From positions 25,110,001 through 25,174,000 of the forward strand of contig OX597825.1 in NCBI GenBank assembly GCA_951406725.2: a stretch of 64,000 nt of DNA. The letters are read 5' to 3'. Shown here piece after piece: positions 1 through 12,826 of this stretch (position 1 is its first letter; every line of letters starts with the position of its first letter). The notes under the pieces are model-generated. The model did no database searches. It saw only the letters and a list, made by a program, of their open reading frames with translations, and was not told the DNA's origin. The position numbers and the translations under genes are program-made. The DNA comes from Octopus vulgaris (lineage: Eukaryota).

Positions 1-587
1 TGACTGTAACCAAACTGTGCTGGTATGGTCAGAGACTGAGACACCTGGTGGCTTGCTGTGCTTGAGAAGACACGTCACGCTGAGTGATATCATGGTTGTC
101 CTTGCACACAAGCATATCCCCTATATCCCTCTTCATCTGAGCCTTCCTAATCTTGTTGTTGTTAAGCAATAAGACAGGTAAGGGTGATTAGGTGATGGTC
201 TAAGGCTTAGGGGCGGGAGACCCCAGACCTTGGAGAAAAAAAACTTTGGTCGTCTTGTAGTCGAGGGCTCTTCGTTGATGCCCGACACCACTGGGAGGTG
301 GCCCTCGAAATGGAGATCTCCAGGTCCAAATTCTTGGATAGCTTCCTAATCTTGTGGACCCATGGGTGCTGGTGCCATGTAAAAAGCACTCGTACTGGTT
401 TCACGTAAAAGTGCTCACACTGGTGCTGCATAAAAGCAACCAGTAAACTCTGTGAAGTGGTTGGCATTAGGAAGGGCACCAATCCAAAACAGACATAGGG
501 TTCAGATAGTTCTTCAGCTGGTCAGCTTTTGTCTAACTGTCCAACCCATACCAGTAAGGAAAATGGATATTAAATGATGATGATGAT
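1..587 (+). mobile_element. RTE LINE 3' end (ORF end + 3' UTR + (GAT)n tail), decayed, interrupted at 157-341
   Basis: gctgtgcttgagaagac ORF-end motif; gtggttggcattaggaagggca...tccaaccca...taaatgatgatgatg tail shared with the element at 22123-24610. Confidence 0.8.
157..341 (-). mobile_element. 5'-truncated non-LTR retrotransposon 3' end with (CAA)n tail
   Basis: 14-bp direct repeat cttcctaatcttgt at 143-156 and 342-355 (TSD); (ttg)n at left end. Confidence 0.6.
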
Positions 588-593
588 GAAAGT

Positions 594-797
594 CATCATC
601 ACCATCATCATCATCGTTTAACGTCCGCTTTCCATGCTAGCATGGGTTGGACGGTTCTACTGGGGTCTGGGAAGCCAGGAGGCTGCACCAGGCCCAATCT
701 GATCTGGCAGTGTTTCTACAGCTAGATGCCCTTCCTAAGGCCAACCACTCCGTGAGTGTAGTGGGTGCTTTTTACATGCCACCGGCACGGAGGCCAT
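594..797 (-). mobile_element. RTE LINE 3' UTR fragment
   Basis: (cat)n-cgtttaacgtccgctttccatgctagcatgggttggacgg... antisense tail of the RTE family. Confidence 0.9.
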
Positions 798-929
798 CTG
801 AAAAAATTGTGATATGCATCAGAATGTATGTGTATGTCTACCATTTTTTCCTTCCACATTAAATTCCAGCATAATCATAATCGATACAACCTGAAAGATA
901 TATATTTTTTTATTTTTTATAATTTTTTT

Positions 930-1170
930 AGTTGTTTCAGTCATTTGACTGTGGCCATGCTGGAGCACCGCCTTTAGTCGAACAAATCAAACCCCAGCAC
1001 TTGTTCTTTGTAAACCCAGTACTTATTCTATCGGTTTCTTTTGCTGAACCACTAAGTGACGGGGATGTAAACACACCAATATCGGTTGTCAAGTGATGGT
1101 GGAGGGGTAAACAGACACACTAATACATACACACACACACGCACACATACATAAACACACACACACACAT
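930..1170 (-). mobile_element. tRNA-derived SINE family A, 3' half
   Basis: ttgtttcagtcatttgactgtggccatgctggagcaccgcctttagtcg is the reverse complement of the tail of the full copy at 36134-36677. Confidence 0.85.
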
Positions 1171-1639
1171 ACACTAGCAGAGAGATACCCGGCCTTGCTC
1201 GGGCTTAAAATGGCAAAGTTTTTTTTATTGTTTTACTTGTTTCAGTCAATGTGACAGTGGCCATGCTGGGGCACCGCCACCGGTTGAACAAATCAACCAC
1301 AGGATTTATTCTTTGAAAGCCTAGTACTTCTTTTTATCAGTGTCTTTTGCCGAACCACTAAGTTATGGGAACGTAAACACAACAACATTTGTAGTCAAGG
1401 AATGGTGGTGGTGGGGGGGTACAAACACAGACACACACACAGAGAAATATACACATATATACGACAGTCTTCTTTCAGTTTCCGTGTACGAAATCCACCC
1501 AAGTTAGGGTGCTAAAACCACATGTTATGTGTTTTGACAAAATAACACGGGTTATCCAATCTGAGGACTAAAATCCCTTTTGCATGAGTAATATGGTGGA
1601 TAAGAAGTCCTGATTTTTTAAGTAAGTTGAGGCTCACAT

Positions 1640-1903
1640 GCGCCGCCCCGACTGGCCGCCGTGCTGGTGGCACGTAAAAAGCACCATCCAATCGTGGCCG
1701 TTTGCCAGCGTCGTCTTGCACCTGTGCAGGTGGCACATAAAAAGGACCCACTACACTCACAGAGTGGTTGGCGTTAGGAAGGGCATCCAGCCATAGAAAC
1801 ACTGCCAGATCAGACTGGGCCTGGTGCAGCCTTCTGGCTTCCCAGACCCCAGTTGAACCGTCCAACCCATGCTAGCATGGAAAATGGATGTTAAATGATG
1901 ATG
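1640..1903 (+). mobile_element. RTE LINE 3' UTR fragment
   Basis: ggcacgtaaaaagcacc...ccaacccatgctagcatggaaa...gatgatga. Confidence 0.9.
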
Positions 1904-2208
1904 AAAAGACTGATACAAGATCCTGGACCTTCTATAAGAGTTTAAGGTTAACTTAACGCAAATCTGAACTCCAAAGTATTCGCAAGTTAAGAGGAGGTGA
2001 GGAGGTATACTGAGAAGTTAAAACTTGTATGTAAGTAGTATGTATAAATGGAGTTTGATTGTAAGTAAGTATATCTATGCAGGAAATCCTGAATTGAAAA
2101 TGCTTGAGAAATAAAGTGCACTTCCCTATTTAAAATCTGAAACGCTAGGGAATTAAGACAATGAATTGAAATAACAAGTTTTAGCAAATCAAAGCAATGC
2201 TAAATTGG

Positions 2209-2540
2209 GGAAACCCCCTTCGGTCATGAATGACCATGGGATTGCACCTAGAATGTTACCCTCCCAGGTACAAGTCAGGGCAAGATTATTTATGGAAGGC
2301 CAGCAGTCGCCCATGCATACCAGCCTCCCCTCTCTGCACCACCGACGTTATCCGAGGGAAAGGCAAAGGGGCCAATACAGCTTGGTACTAGTGATGTCGC
2401 AACTCATTTCTACAGCTGAGTGAACTGGAGCAACGTGAAATAAAGTGTCTTGCTCAAGAACACAACACGCAGCCCGGTCCGGGAATCGAACTCACAACCT
2501 CACGATCGTAAGCTCTACGCTCTAACCACTAAACCATACC
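2209..2540 (-). mobile_element. tRNA-derived SINE family C
   Basis: Minus-strand head ggtttagtggttagagc (A box) and gttcgattccc (B box); homologous to 6737-7068. Confidence 0.85.
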
Positions 2541-3161
2541 GTTAATAAGAGGTTTTTCTGTCAAATTTCAACATTTTTCAAAAATTTTAAATCTATATTA
2601 ACGAGTAGGACCAATTTGACAAAAAAAGAAAAATGAGCTGAGTCTGATAGCGAATCTGTCTCATTGTCATTTTTGTGCATGGGTGTAAAATGGTGAAATT
2701 TTACGCTTTAGAGTAGATTTCGTGAAATCGACGTCATGGCAGCTAGTGCACAAAATGCCTAAAAATTGGGTTTGAGAAAGAAAATGCACTTACCTATTTG
2801 AAACCTGAAACGCTGGGGGAATTAAAACAACAAATTGAAACACTAAGTTTTAGCAAATCAAAACAATTCGTATTGATATGAAGAATTAGTAAATACTGAA
2901 TAGATTACTGTTAATAAGCTGTCTGTTTATACCATGAAACATTTTTCGTCAAATAGATGTCACGGTGGCTAGTGGGAAAAATGCAAAAATTTTATGATAT
3001 TTAAAAAATCAATGTTGATTAAAAGTCGATTTTTAAAAAATTCCAAGTGCATAAGCATGGGTAATAAGCCCCCCACACATGCTAAGCTTCATCAAGGTCT
3101 GTTGGATAGTCTTGTAGGAGTTAAAGTAACAAATTCACTAACTTGCCATTTATTATTATTA

Positions 3162-3450
3162 CTAGCAGTATAGCCCAGCGTTGCTCGGGCTTGTTTTCTT
3201 TTCGACCCTTTAGAATTGGAATTTTTGAAAAGTAAAAATTTCGCATTATGTAGCTTGTTATTCTCTTTAAGTGAACATTTTTCTGGTTGAAATACACCGA
3301 AAAATGATGACACAGCAGTCAAAACATCGTGAAAAATAGGGATTTTCATAGAAAAAAAGCACCTTTTTGATGTAGATAATTTTTGGTGTTAACATGGTCC
3401 GATTTGAATTTTTTCTTCTACAGAAAGAAGAGCAAGCCTTTTGACCCATA
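3162..3450 (-). mobile_element. Helitron 3' end fragment
   Basis: Minus strand cccgagcaacgctggg-ctatactg-CTAG|T, same terminus type as 30098-30125. Confidence 0.7.
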
Positions 3451-3821
3451 GACAAAAAAATGGTTGAGAACCTCTGCGTTAAGTGAACCATGTAATCGAA
3501 ATTCTAAAGTGGAAGTGAACTGTACAGATTATGTAATGATTCATTTAAAATGCATTTGAACACCTGCTTTACTTGTGATAAGCACACCCATTTCTCTTCC
3601 ACCCTCATTTGATATGTTAAACCAGATTTTTAGTAACTATTCAAGCTATGGAACTGCCACTTCTAGTTAAGCAAGCTTATACACTGAGTATTATGTGCCT
3701 TAGATATATACAAAATACTACCAATGATAGAAAACAATCTATTAAACCTGGTACTCAACCCTATTATCTCTCAAGTATCTGTGTAATCACCCTCTCAGTG
3801 GCTGACTATATTTGTGATGTA

Positions 3822-3955
3822 AAGTCCGCTGAGGTCGACTTTGCCTTTCATCCTTTCGAGGTCGATAAATTAAGTATCAGTTGCATACTGGGGTTGATCT
3901 AATCAACTGGCCCCTTCCCCAAATTTTGGGCCTTGTGCCTAGAGTAGAAAAGAAT
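3822..3955 (+). mobile_element. SINE family B fragment
   Basis: gaggtcgactttgcctttcatcctttcgaggtcgataaattaagta central domain. Confidence 0.8.
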
Positions 3956-4282
3956 ATTTGAAATGGTTCGAATTGTGCAACTACATAAAATGGCTTTCTG
4001 TTTGCCTTGTGTAGCTTTTAATTTATAGTTAGTTGGTGGTGGAGTTTCTACAAGAAACCATTAGACCGAACAGTGCTGGAAGGCTATAGTTACATTACAC
4101 ACCTATGTACATGCAGTTTGAATTTTAGAGATGACAGAGAGTTGGTTGAAGAAGATGATGACTACAGAGAGGCAGGTCAAAGAATTCTAGAACAGCACTC
4201 TCCCCACCCTCTCTCTCTCATACATGTGGCTTATTTACTTAATCTAAAGATTATAATGGTTATTATTATTTTAAGGATAATA

Positions 4283-4650
4283 AGGTGGCGTGCTGGCAGA
4301 ATTGTCATAACGCCAGGCAAAATGCTTAGCAGTATTTCGTCTGCCACTACGTTTTGAGTTCAAATACCGCCGAGGTCGACTTTGCTTTTCATCCTTTTGG
4401 GGTCGATTAAATAAGTACCAGTTACGCACTGGGGTCAATGTAATCCGGTTGTCTGTCCTTGTTTGTCCCTTCTGTGTTTAGCCCCTTGTGGGTAGTAAAG
4501 AAATAGGTATTTCATCTGTCACTATGTTCTGAGTTCAAATTCCGCCAGGGTCGATAAAATAAGTACCAGTTGAACACTGGGGTCAATTGCATTGACCGGT
4601 CACCACCTCACCCAAGCTGCCCTTGTGGGAAAAAAAATTTGAAATTATTA
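4283..4650 (+). mobile_element. SINE family B, one full copy plus a tandem partial copy
   Basis: ggcgtgctggcagaa...gagttcaaat...gaggtcgactttgcttttcatcc...gccccttgtgggtagtaaagaaatagg, then a partial repeat at 4510-4650. Confidence 0.85.
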
Positions 4651-5575
4651 TTATTTTGGGGACAATTTTGCTGCTAATTTTCAACAAGTCAATCAACTCC
4701 ACTGAATTCCTCTAAATATTCCATAGAGTGGTCATGTTTCAAAGACACAAATGAACTTAGGCTTGTGTGGATACCTGGTTGCTATTTTGAGCATACAAGG
4801 TGTGCACGCACGCACAAAGGTAGTATATTTTTGCCCACTGTCTCAGAGCGAAAGGCTTTAAATTAGTAAATTTCAATGACAGCACTGTTAGGTAGCCAGC
4901 TAGCCAGTAAAAGTAGCAATTAAGGAAAGCTAGCAAGCTTGCTGCGGCTGATGCTATTACAGAATAATACATGTAGAGGAAAAGCTACTGTGTGAGTGTG
5001 TGTGTGTGTTTTCCTCCAAAATTTATTGATTTCGGTCAGAACCAGAATTTGCTATTTGTTTACATTGGTGTTAGACAAATAAATTCTACAGCATACTAAA
5101 ATAATCTAATTCCATGTGAAAATAGCAGCTTTTTAAAATCAAGGAAAAAAATATTACATTAAAATCTGGTTGTAAATAAATTACGTATATATGCTTTCCA
5201 TTTATGCATACTTTTAGTTAAACCATAGTCTGTTTGCTTTAATTTAACCTTCGTTTTTTGTTGTCAGATGTTTACCTAACACCCTATCCACAGAACCTGA
5301 ACCTTTTTGCAGATTTTAGCATGAACTCAAACTATTTTATTTTTTTCATTTCAAAGGAGATGCTCTATTTTTCATAATCTGTCAGCCAAGATATAAAGTC
5401 AGCATTCTGTCCCACAACCTATAAATCTGACACCTCAGTCACAATAATAATAATAATAATAATGAAATTATTGTATACAGTGCTCCGGTGCACCACAAAG
5501 GACAAATTTTAATTTAGTCGGCCGTTAAGACTACTAAACAAGACTTCTTACCACCAAATAAAACTACAATCCAAT

Positions 5576-5612
<37 letters not shown>

Positions 5613-5855
5613 TATTAGTCAGCTCATCTCTCACCTTTCACATCACTTTACATTGTTGTAGAGGGAAAATTGGGGGTGGATGGGGTGGATTGAAGATCAT
5701 GACAAGCCTTTGTATGACCAGGGTTTTGATTCTGTGTTGAACCTATTCAACTTGACTCAGATACTACAGGTAATATCCTTGGGGGCAATCATCAAAATCA
5801 CAGCTATGATTTCCAACAGGAAACTATTTTAGTCTGCACACATGCGCGCACACAC

Positions 5856-5890
<35 letters not shown>

Positions 5891-6318
5891 CCAACATAAT
5901 TATCATTACAGCAAAGCAGCAACAGGATATACTATTAAACAAACAATAACATAATTTTATACATCAGGCCTGGTAGTAGCTACAGGTAACTTCAACCCTC
6001 CTGTGCTGTGCCTACCTCAAGTTACAAGACTTCGCACCTATGGAAGTTATAAGGTACAACCAGTTTCAGGAAAGCCAGTAATTTCACCCTTAAAGAAACT
6101 TGTATTGCATAGTTTTGAATTGTTAGCAATTTATGAAAGTATAGTTGCTTCTCAACTCAATGGCCAACTACATTTTAGTTAAGACTAATGAATAAAGCTA
6201 GCAATTTGAAAAATTATCATCACATTATAAACATTCATGCATACATCTATTTGTAATGTGCATGATGTGAGTGTGCGTGTGTATGTATGTATGTATGTTA
6301 TATATATATATATATATA

Positions 6319-6640
6319 CATCATCATCATCATCGTTTAACATCCGTTTTCCATGCTAGCATGGGTTGGACGGTTCGACTGGGGTCTGGAAAGCCAGGAG
6401 GCTGCACCAGGCTCCAGTCTGATCTGGCAGTGTTTCTACAACTGGATGCCCTTCCTAACGCCAACCACTCCTTGAGTGTAGTGGGTGATTTTTATGTGCC
6501 ACCGGTACAGGTACCAGGGGAGGCTGGCAACAGCCATGATCGGTTGGTCGTTTTTACATGCCACCGACACGGAAGCCAGTCAAGGCAGCGCTGGCATTGG
6601 CCACATATGGATGGTGCTTTTTACATGCCACCGGCACTGG
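6319..6640 (-). mobile_element. RTE LINE 3' UTR fragment within (TA)n
   Basis: (cat)n tail abutting (TA)n; family sequence. Confidence 0.9.
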
Positions 6641-6657
6641 TGCATGGGTAGATGGCA

Positions 6658-6714
<57 letters not shown>

Positions 6715-6736
6715 TATAGATATATAGATATGTGTG

Positions 6737-7068
6737 AAGGTGCATGGTTCAGTGGTTAAAGCATTGAGCTTACAATCGTGAAGTTGTGAGTTTGAATCCC
6801 GGACCGGGCTGCGTGTTGTGTTCTTGAGCAAGACACTTCATTTCACGTTACTCCTGTTCACTCAGCTGTAGAAATGAGTCGCGATGTCACATGTGCCAAG
6901 CCGTATCGGCCCTTGCCTTTCCCTTGGATAACACTAGTGGCATGGAGAGGGGAGGCCGATATGCATGGCCGACTGCTGGTCTTCCATAAACATCATTGCC
7001 CAGATTTGTGCCAGGGAGGGTAACTTTCTAGGTGCAATCCCAGGGTCAGTTATGACCGAAGGGGTCTC
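6737..7068 (+). mobile_element. tRNA-derived SINE family C
   Basis: tggttcagtggttaaagc A box, gtttgaatccc B box, gtgttcttgagcaagacacttca core; matches 2209-2540. Confidence 0.85.
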
Positions 7069-7721
7069 AGCAGCAGTATATATATATAAATGTGCGAGTG
7101 TATGCTTCTGTCATCAACATTAACATCCCACAGTAGTATATAGTCTATTTTGAATAAAAACGTATAAAGTGGAGTCCTGGCATATTTTAAAAGTTAAATG
7201 AGATGTCTTTGATCTTAGGTCTATGAGGACTGACTTGAGACTAAACAGCCACGTTGCGTATGAATGGTAACACATAAATGTGGGACAGGTTGAAACCAAG
7301 GTATCAGTGGCGAGGCGGGGCTCGTGGGATCCGAGCTAAACCCGTCCCCCCACTCCATCCGTAACGTCTTTCGGTCTGTCCTATCATCCGATTTTTCGAT
7401 TTTATTGTATTAAAATTTTTAATTCATCATATATGTAAAATCATCCGCTAATCTGACCCCAAAATCAGATTGTGTTGTCCCCTCTTTGTTCACCCCTTGT
7501 GGGTAATAAAAAATCAACCATTACTACCATCTAAATCAATGCAATGCACATCAGCCCTACTATCAACCCACCAACTTTCCAATTCAACTGACCACAAGCT
7601 GTATGCCAGTGTGTGTGTGTGTATGCATGTGTGTGTATGTGTTTGTGTCTGAGTGTGTATGTGTGTATTTGTCATCAGATATGCAAGGGGTGAATTGCCT
7701 TTAAAATCAGGTGCCCCTTAA

Positions 7722-7942
7722 CCCTTTAGTGTTCGCATTATTCTGCCAAAATTAATGCTTCTTTATCCACATTGTTTTGAGCTAATCATGCATTATCTTG
7801 TAACTATGAGATTTTGATGTGGTAGCTGTTAATTTTTAAAGCGATATTGTAGGGTTGGTGTGAGAGACCAGATATGGCCAGTTTGAACATAAAACAGGCA
7901 GAATACTTTTGGCCGGATATGGCCAGTTTAAATGCTAAAGGG
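7722..7942. mobile_element. piggyBac-type MITE
   Basis: TTAA-CCCTTTAG...CTAAAGGG-TTAA (TTAA TSD at 7718-7721 and 7943-7946). Confidence 0.85.
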
Positions 7943-8149
7943 TTAATCTAACTGTTATCATACAGAACTTTCTCTTCCTCAGTCCGTCACCTTTTCATCT
8001 CATTTTCATTATTTTACATCAATGAGAATAAAACAATTTTCTGTTCTCACAAAGCAAATCTTTCCGAGGTCAATATTTTTATTACATATTTGTTGTGGAT
8101 AATTAATCACCATTGCTGTTGGATTTGCCTTTCAATTTAAGACGCCTGG

Positions 8150-8750
8150 AAAAAAGCTATCAAGTAAACCAAAAAGTAATAGCACGAAAAGGAACCACAA
8201 AGGGATTACATTGGATATTGAACTTGATGTTTTAAAAAGACTTGATGCAGAAGTAAAACTAAGCTATACAGCCATGATATTCATCATCATAAGTGGACTG
8301 GTAACACCCCTAGCATAGGCCACAAGGTTATGGTCAAACTTGTGCTTGCCGAGTCTTCCGCAGCACAGCATATTTCCAGAGGTCCCGGTCACTAGTCATT
8401 GCCTCAGTGATTTTTACAATATCTACAGTGGGAACAATATGTAACAACGGAGAGAAATTGATGTCAAGTGCCCAAGAAACTACTCAGCTAACTGCGCAGA
8501 CCCTATTTTCCCCACAGATGTAATGTAATGCTTAAAATGGAACAACTCTTGAATGTATGGATGAAGGATTAGAATCAGTGTAAAGTGCCAATAAATACGA
8601 TGATAATTCAAGAAAAGGCCATGATCATTTGCAGCAAAGGGAAGGTGAAACTTATAATGAAAATCTCTTTTTGGCAAGTAAAGGCTTGTTCGAAAGGCTT
8701 AAGAAGTGCATGACGGGTGAAAATGTGAGGGCTGATACCAAAGCTGCCAC
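8150..8750 (+). pseudogene. Decayed pogo/Tigger transposase N-terminus (CENP-B-type HTH)
   Basis: Manual translation: KRNHKGITLDIELDVLKRLD...STVGTICNNGEKL...MEQLLNVWMKD*...IIQEKA...ASKGLFERLKK; stops and a small RTE insert at ~8283-8410. Confidence 0.7.
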
Positions 8751-9821
8751 TATAAGTCCTGGGGTCGATTTACTTGACTAAAGGCAGTGCTCCAGCATGG
8801 CTGCAGTCAAATGGCTGAATCAAGTAAAAAAGAGTATGCATTTACTCTTCAATATTCACAACTATCTTGAACAACCATCACATGATGAGTCAATAAGGGA
8901 GAGTCTCTATCTGGCCAACCAGCATGCTAGAAACAGCAATGGAATCTTCTTCAGATCATACCCTCTTACTAGGGTCTTGCTTGATCATGACTCACTGTGG
9001 TTTTCTGCACTTGGAAAGTTCCTCTCAATGGCACAGACCAACTAGCAGCTGCTGATACATGTAGGTCTCCCTTCTCCCTGTCACCGATGATGCTCATAGG
9101 ACAAGTAAGGGTTGATACAGTATGGCACCAGTGCCATCGTGATTGTTGCTGTCAGAATGTATAGTGCAAGGCATCCTCTCAGAAAGTTTAACAGTTCTAA
9201 CATTCCAATGCCCTAGATTGGGATTTTTTTTTTTTATCAAACCTAAAAGGATAAAAGGCAAAGTTGACTTAGATGGGATTTGAACTCAAAGTGCAGAGAG
9301 CTGGAACAAGCAGTGAAGTATTCTATCCAACTTTCTACTGACTCTACAAATCCATAGCTTAAATAAGTCATAGCTTAAATATAGAGGATATTAGATAATA
9401 CTGCTGCACATAGCCCTTAAAAAACAAAAAATGATGGTCACAGCTGGACTGCCTTTCATTAAAGGTCTACCAGATAAAGGTTAATATAGAGCTATACAAC
9501 AAAAACCTTCATGAGAGCACTTAGCCAAATGGATAGCAAAATAACGTATTATCTGATATACAAGTCAAATTTTTCAGACCAAGCTGTGCACTTAATATAC
9601 TATGACAACTTTGGAGGACCAAGATCTCCATGTGAAATGCAGCAGGATTTGATAAGATAGTGACTGTGTTTGTATGTTTACACTACATGTTTTCACTATA
9701 AACTACATCGACTTGTATTCTGGAGAACTTTATAGACACAAAATACTATCTCTGCCAAACATGCAAATGAAATAATCAAATACTTGAAAGCTAAGTACAT
9801 GGATTATTTCCAAAACAAATA

Positions 9822-10050
9822 CCTATTTCTTTATTACCCACAAGGGGCTAAACATAGAGGGGACAAACAAGGACAGACATAGGTATTAAGTCGATTACAT
9901 CGACCCCAGTGCGTAACTGGTACTTAATTTATCGACCCTGAAAGGATGAAAGGCAAAGTCAACCTCGGCGGAATTTGAACTCACAACGTCATGACAAGCG
10001 AAATACCGTTAAGTATTTCGCCCGGCGTGCTAACGTTTCTGCCAGCTCAT
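9822..10050 (-). mobile_element. SINE family B
   Basis: Reverse complement of 58404-58633. Confidence 0.9.
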
Positions 10051-10569
10051 ACCATATAACTCAGGGTTCTTGGCAAAAATTCCCATGGGACAAAATACAA
10101 CATACCTTTTGTCCTACAAAACATCTATGGTTAAAGTTTTTCCAACAAAGGGGTTTTACATTTTTTCCCCTTCCCTTTCAAAATATTGTTCAAGTGAAAT
10201 AAAACACTTTTTAATGCTCATTCTTCATGTCTCAATAATTATGTTCTCCTCAAAATTCATAAACTATAAACTTCTAATGAAATAGTTAATATGTGTATGC
10301 AATGGTTCGATAATTATGTCTTCCTTATTACAGCCTCATCATATATGCCAGCCACCTCCACTGCTGATTACATTACCTAGGTAACATAGCTAGATTACGT
10401 TACCTAGGTAATTACTTCTAACAAACGTTCCAGATAGTTGAGAGACAGTGTATCATAGGTTTCCTGGCAGCAGGCTAATTACTAAAATTTGTATAATTAT
10501 TATACTGAATATTTTTTTTTATCCTTCTTCTTCAGAAAATTTAATTAGTACATATACCTTTGGGATTTT

Positions 10570-10930
10570 CATCATCATCATCACCATCATTGCCATCGTT
10601 TAACATCTGCTTTCCATGCTGGCATGGGTTGGATGGTTTGACAGAGAATTGACAAGCTGCGTTGCTGCACCAGGCTCCAATTTGATTTAGCAAGGTTTCT
10701 ACAGCTGGATGCCCTTCCAAATACCAACCATTTTGAGAGTGTAGTGGGTGCTTTTTATGTACCACTGGAGCCAGTCAGGTGGCACTGGCATTGGTCATGC
10801 TAGAATGGTCTTTTTACATGTCACTGGCACAGGTGACAGTCAAGCAGCACTGGCATTGGTCACACTTGAATTGTGCTTATTATGTACCACTGGCACGGGT
10901 GCCATGGCATTGGCCATGCTTGAACGGTGC
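10570..10930 (-). mobile_element. RTE LINE 3' UTR fragment (older)
   Basis: (cat)n tail and tttctacagctggatgcccttcc motif. Confidence 0.85.
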
Positions 10931-12043
10931 TTGTCTTACTTTATTATTAAGATGGTATGCTTTGACAGAGTGATGCATAAAATAGATAGAAATAATGGGT
11001 TAAATACATTTATATATTTATTTATTATAGGCTTACAGCTGTTTCAGATATGCATTTGGGTATAAATCCTTAAAAATGTTTTAGCCCGAAGGCTGCGGCC
11101 ATGCTGGGGCACCACCGTTGAATGTTCATCATTAGAGCTTAACAATTGATTGATTGACTGAGGCTATAGGGAACTACTGCCCCAAAGTAGTCCTCCTCAG
11201 AACCAAAACAAACCAACTGCCAAAGAAAAAGAAAAGAAAAAGTGCCTATTTTAAACACACACATACACACCATCCAGATAGAAGACTATCCTAGGTTACT
11301 GTGTCTGTTTTGGCAAGGTTTTTACAGCTGGATGCCCTTCCTAATACCAACCATTCTGCAGAGTGGACCGAGTGCCTTTTTTGTGTGGCACCAGCACAGG
11401 TAAGGTCAGTTTGGCATGGTTTTCAGAGTTGGGTGCCCTTCCAAATGTGAGACAGAGAAACAGAAATAGGTGTCTTGCTATAAAAGAGGTACATGGTTAC
11501 CTGGCCAGAGAGAGGGGGGGAGAAAGAGAAGGCGAGTGAGAAGAAGAGAGAGAGAGGTACAAGAAAGAGGGCAGAAACGGATATTTAGTTACCTAGCCAG
11601 CAGGAAAAAGCAAGAGAAGATAAGAGATAAAGTGGTCAAGAATGAGGGCAGAAACAGGTGTGCTGCTGTAGAGGAGATACATATCTACCCAGGTAGAGGG
11701 AAGAGCAAGGGAAAAAGAGAGAGAGAGCGAGAGGGGGAACATCAAAAGTGCAAGTGAGAGCAGGAGAGAGATGGTGGTGAAGTGCACACAGGCCCATATA
11801 ACAAAGTAGAGATTGTTTGTGTTGAAATGTGTTTCAAAACCTGAAACTGAAGTCAATAAAATGATTGCAGTTTCAATGTAGCAAATCAACCCTTCTGATG
11901 TTACAACACATTTCCCACAGTGCCATACAGTGGAATTGAACTCTTCAACTACCCAGTCAGTCGTACCTGCATTCTTCAGCTAAACCTTCAAACCCCCCAC
12001 TACACACACACAAGTCATAAGAGACAATCTTTAGAATCTAAAG

Positions 12044-12301
12044 CAGTGGTTACCAAACGTTTTTGGGGTTGCCACCCTCTTGACACCCAGGCCACATTCC
12101 TAGTGCCCTCACCCCAACTAATCATCACAAATGCAGACCCCTTTCTGAAGCAAATTCAAAGCAACTGCATTTCACAAATAAAACTTAACCTAATGAACCT
12201 TATTATTTTCTTGTTTTTACATGAATCACTACCCCATTATCACCCCACTTTTCTTCCAACACTCCTTTGGAACTTTCTACTGCCCACTTTGGGAACCACT
12301 G
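12044..12301. mobile_element. hAT (Charlie-like) MITE
   Basis: TIR CAGTGGTTACCAAA / TTTGGGAACCACTG; perfect 8-bp TSD atctaaag. Confidence 0.85.
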
Positions 12302-12475
12302 ATCTAAAGGAATGCCCACAGAAAAGCATGATTCGGATCTGGTGCACAGTAATTAAAGTAAATGGGGGAAATGTTAAAAACTGGACGGGCCAAAGCAAAA
12401 GGAAAGAGAGGAGAGAGGAAAGAAGAGAGACAAAGAGACACAGACAAATATTAAGTTGCTGTTATATAATTTTAC

Positions 12476-12480
<5 letters not shown>

Positions 12481-12544
<64 letters not shown>

Positions 12545-12585
12545 TTGGGTGTTGTGTGTTTAGTTGGTTTCTGGAACTATCAAAC

Positions 12586-12627
<42 letters not shown>
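12481..12627. repeat. (TAT)n and (AAT)n microsatellites
   Basis: Direct reading; source of the poly-Y/poly-N ORF at 11920-12651. Confidence 0.95.
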
Positions 12628-12826
12628 CCTTTCTACTGTAGGCACAAGTGAGGGGACTAGTTGATTACATCGACCCCAATGTTTCACTAGTACTTAATTT
12701 ATCAACCCCAAAAGGAAGAAAGGCAAAGTCAACCTTGGCAAAACATGAACTCAGAACACAGCAACAGGCGAAAAACCGCTAAGCACTTCATCCAGCGATC
12801 TAAAGATTCTGCCAGATCACTGCCTT
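12628..12826 (-). mobile_element. SINE family B (older)
   Basis: atcgacccc...gtacttaatttatcaaccccaaaagg.agaaaggcaaagtcaacc. Confidence 0.8.

Larger units (their letters stand above)
1174..3160 (-). mobile_element. Non-autonomous Helitron with embedded SINE/LINE pieces
   Basis: Minus strand ends cccgagcaaggccggg hairpin-tatctctctg-CTAG|T at 1174; internal ~75-bp duplication 2118-2197 / 2786-2867; 5' limit inferred near 3160. Confidence 0.6.

Noticed and set aside
5966-6182. Open frame after an AG acceptor on +
   Set aside because: No recognisable motif and opposite strand to the better exon candidate; compatible with chance
7355-7395. Minus-strand CGGATGA...GAAA motif
   Set aside because: Stem I does not pair
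11920-12651. 243-aa ORF
   Set aside because: Runs through a hAT MITE and (TAT)n/(AAT)n repeats
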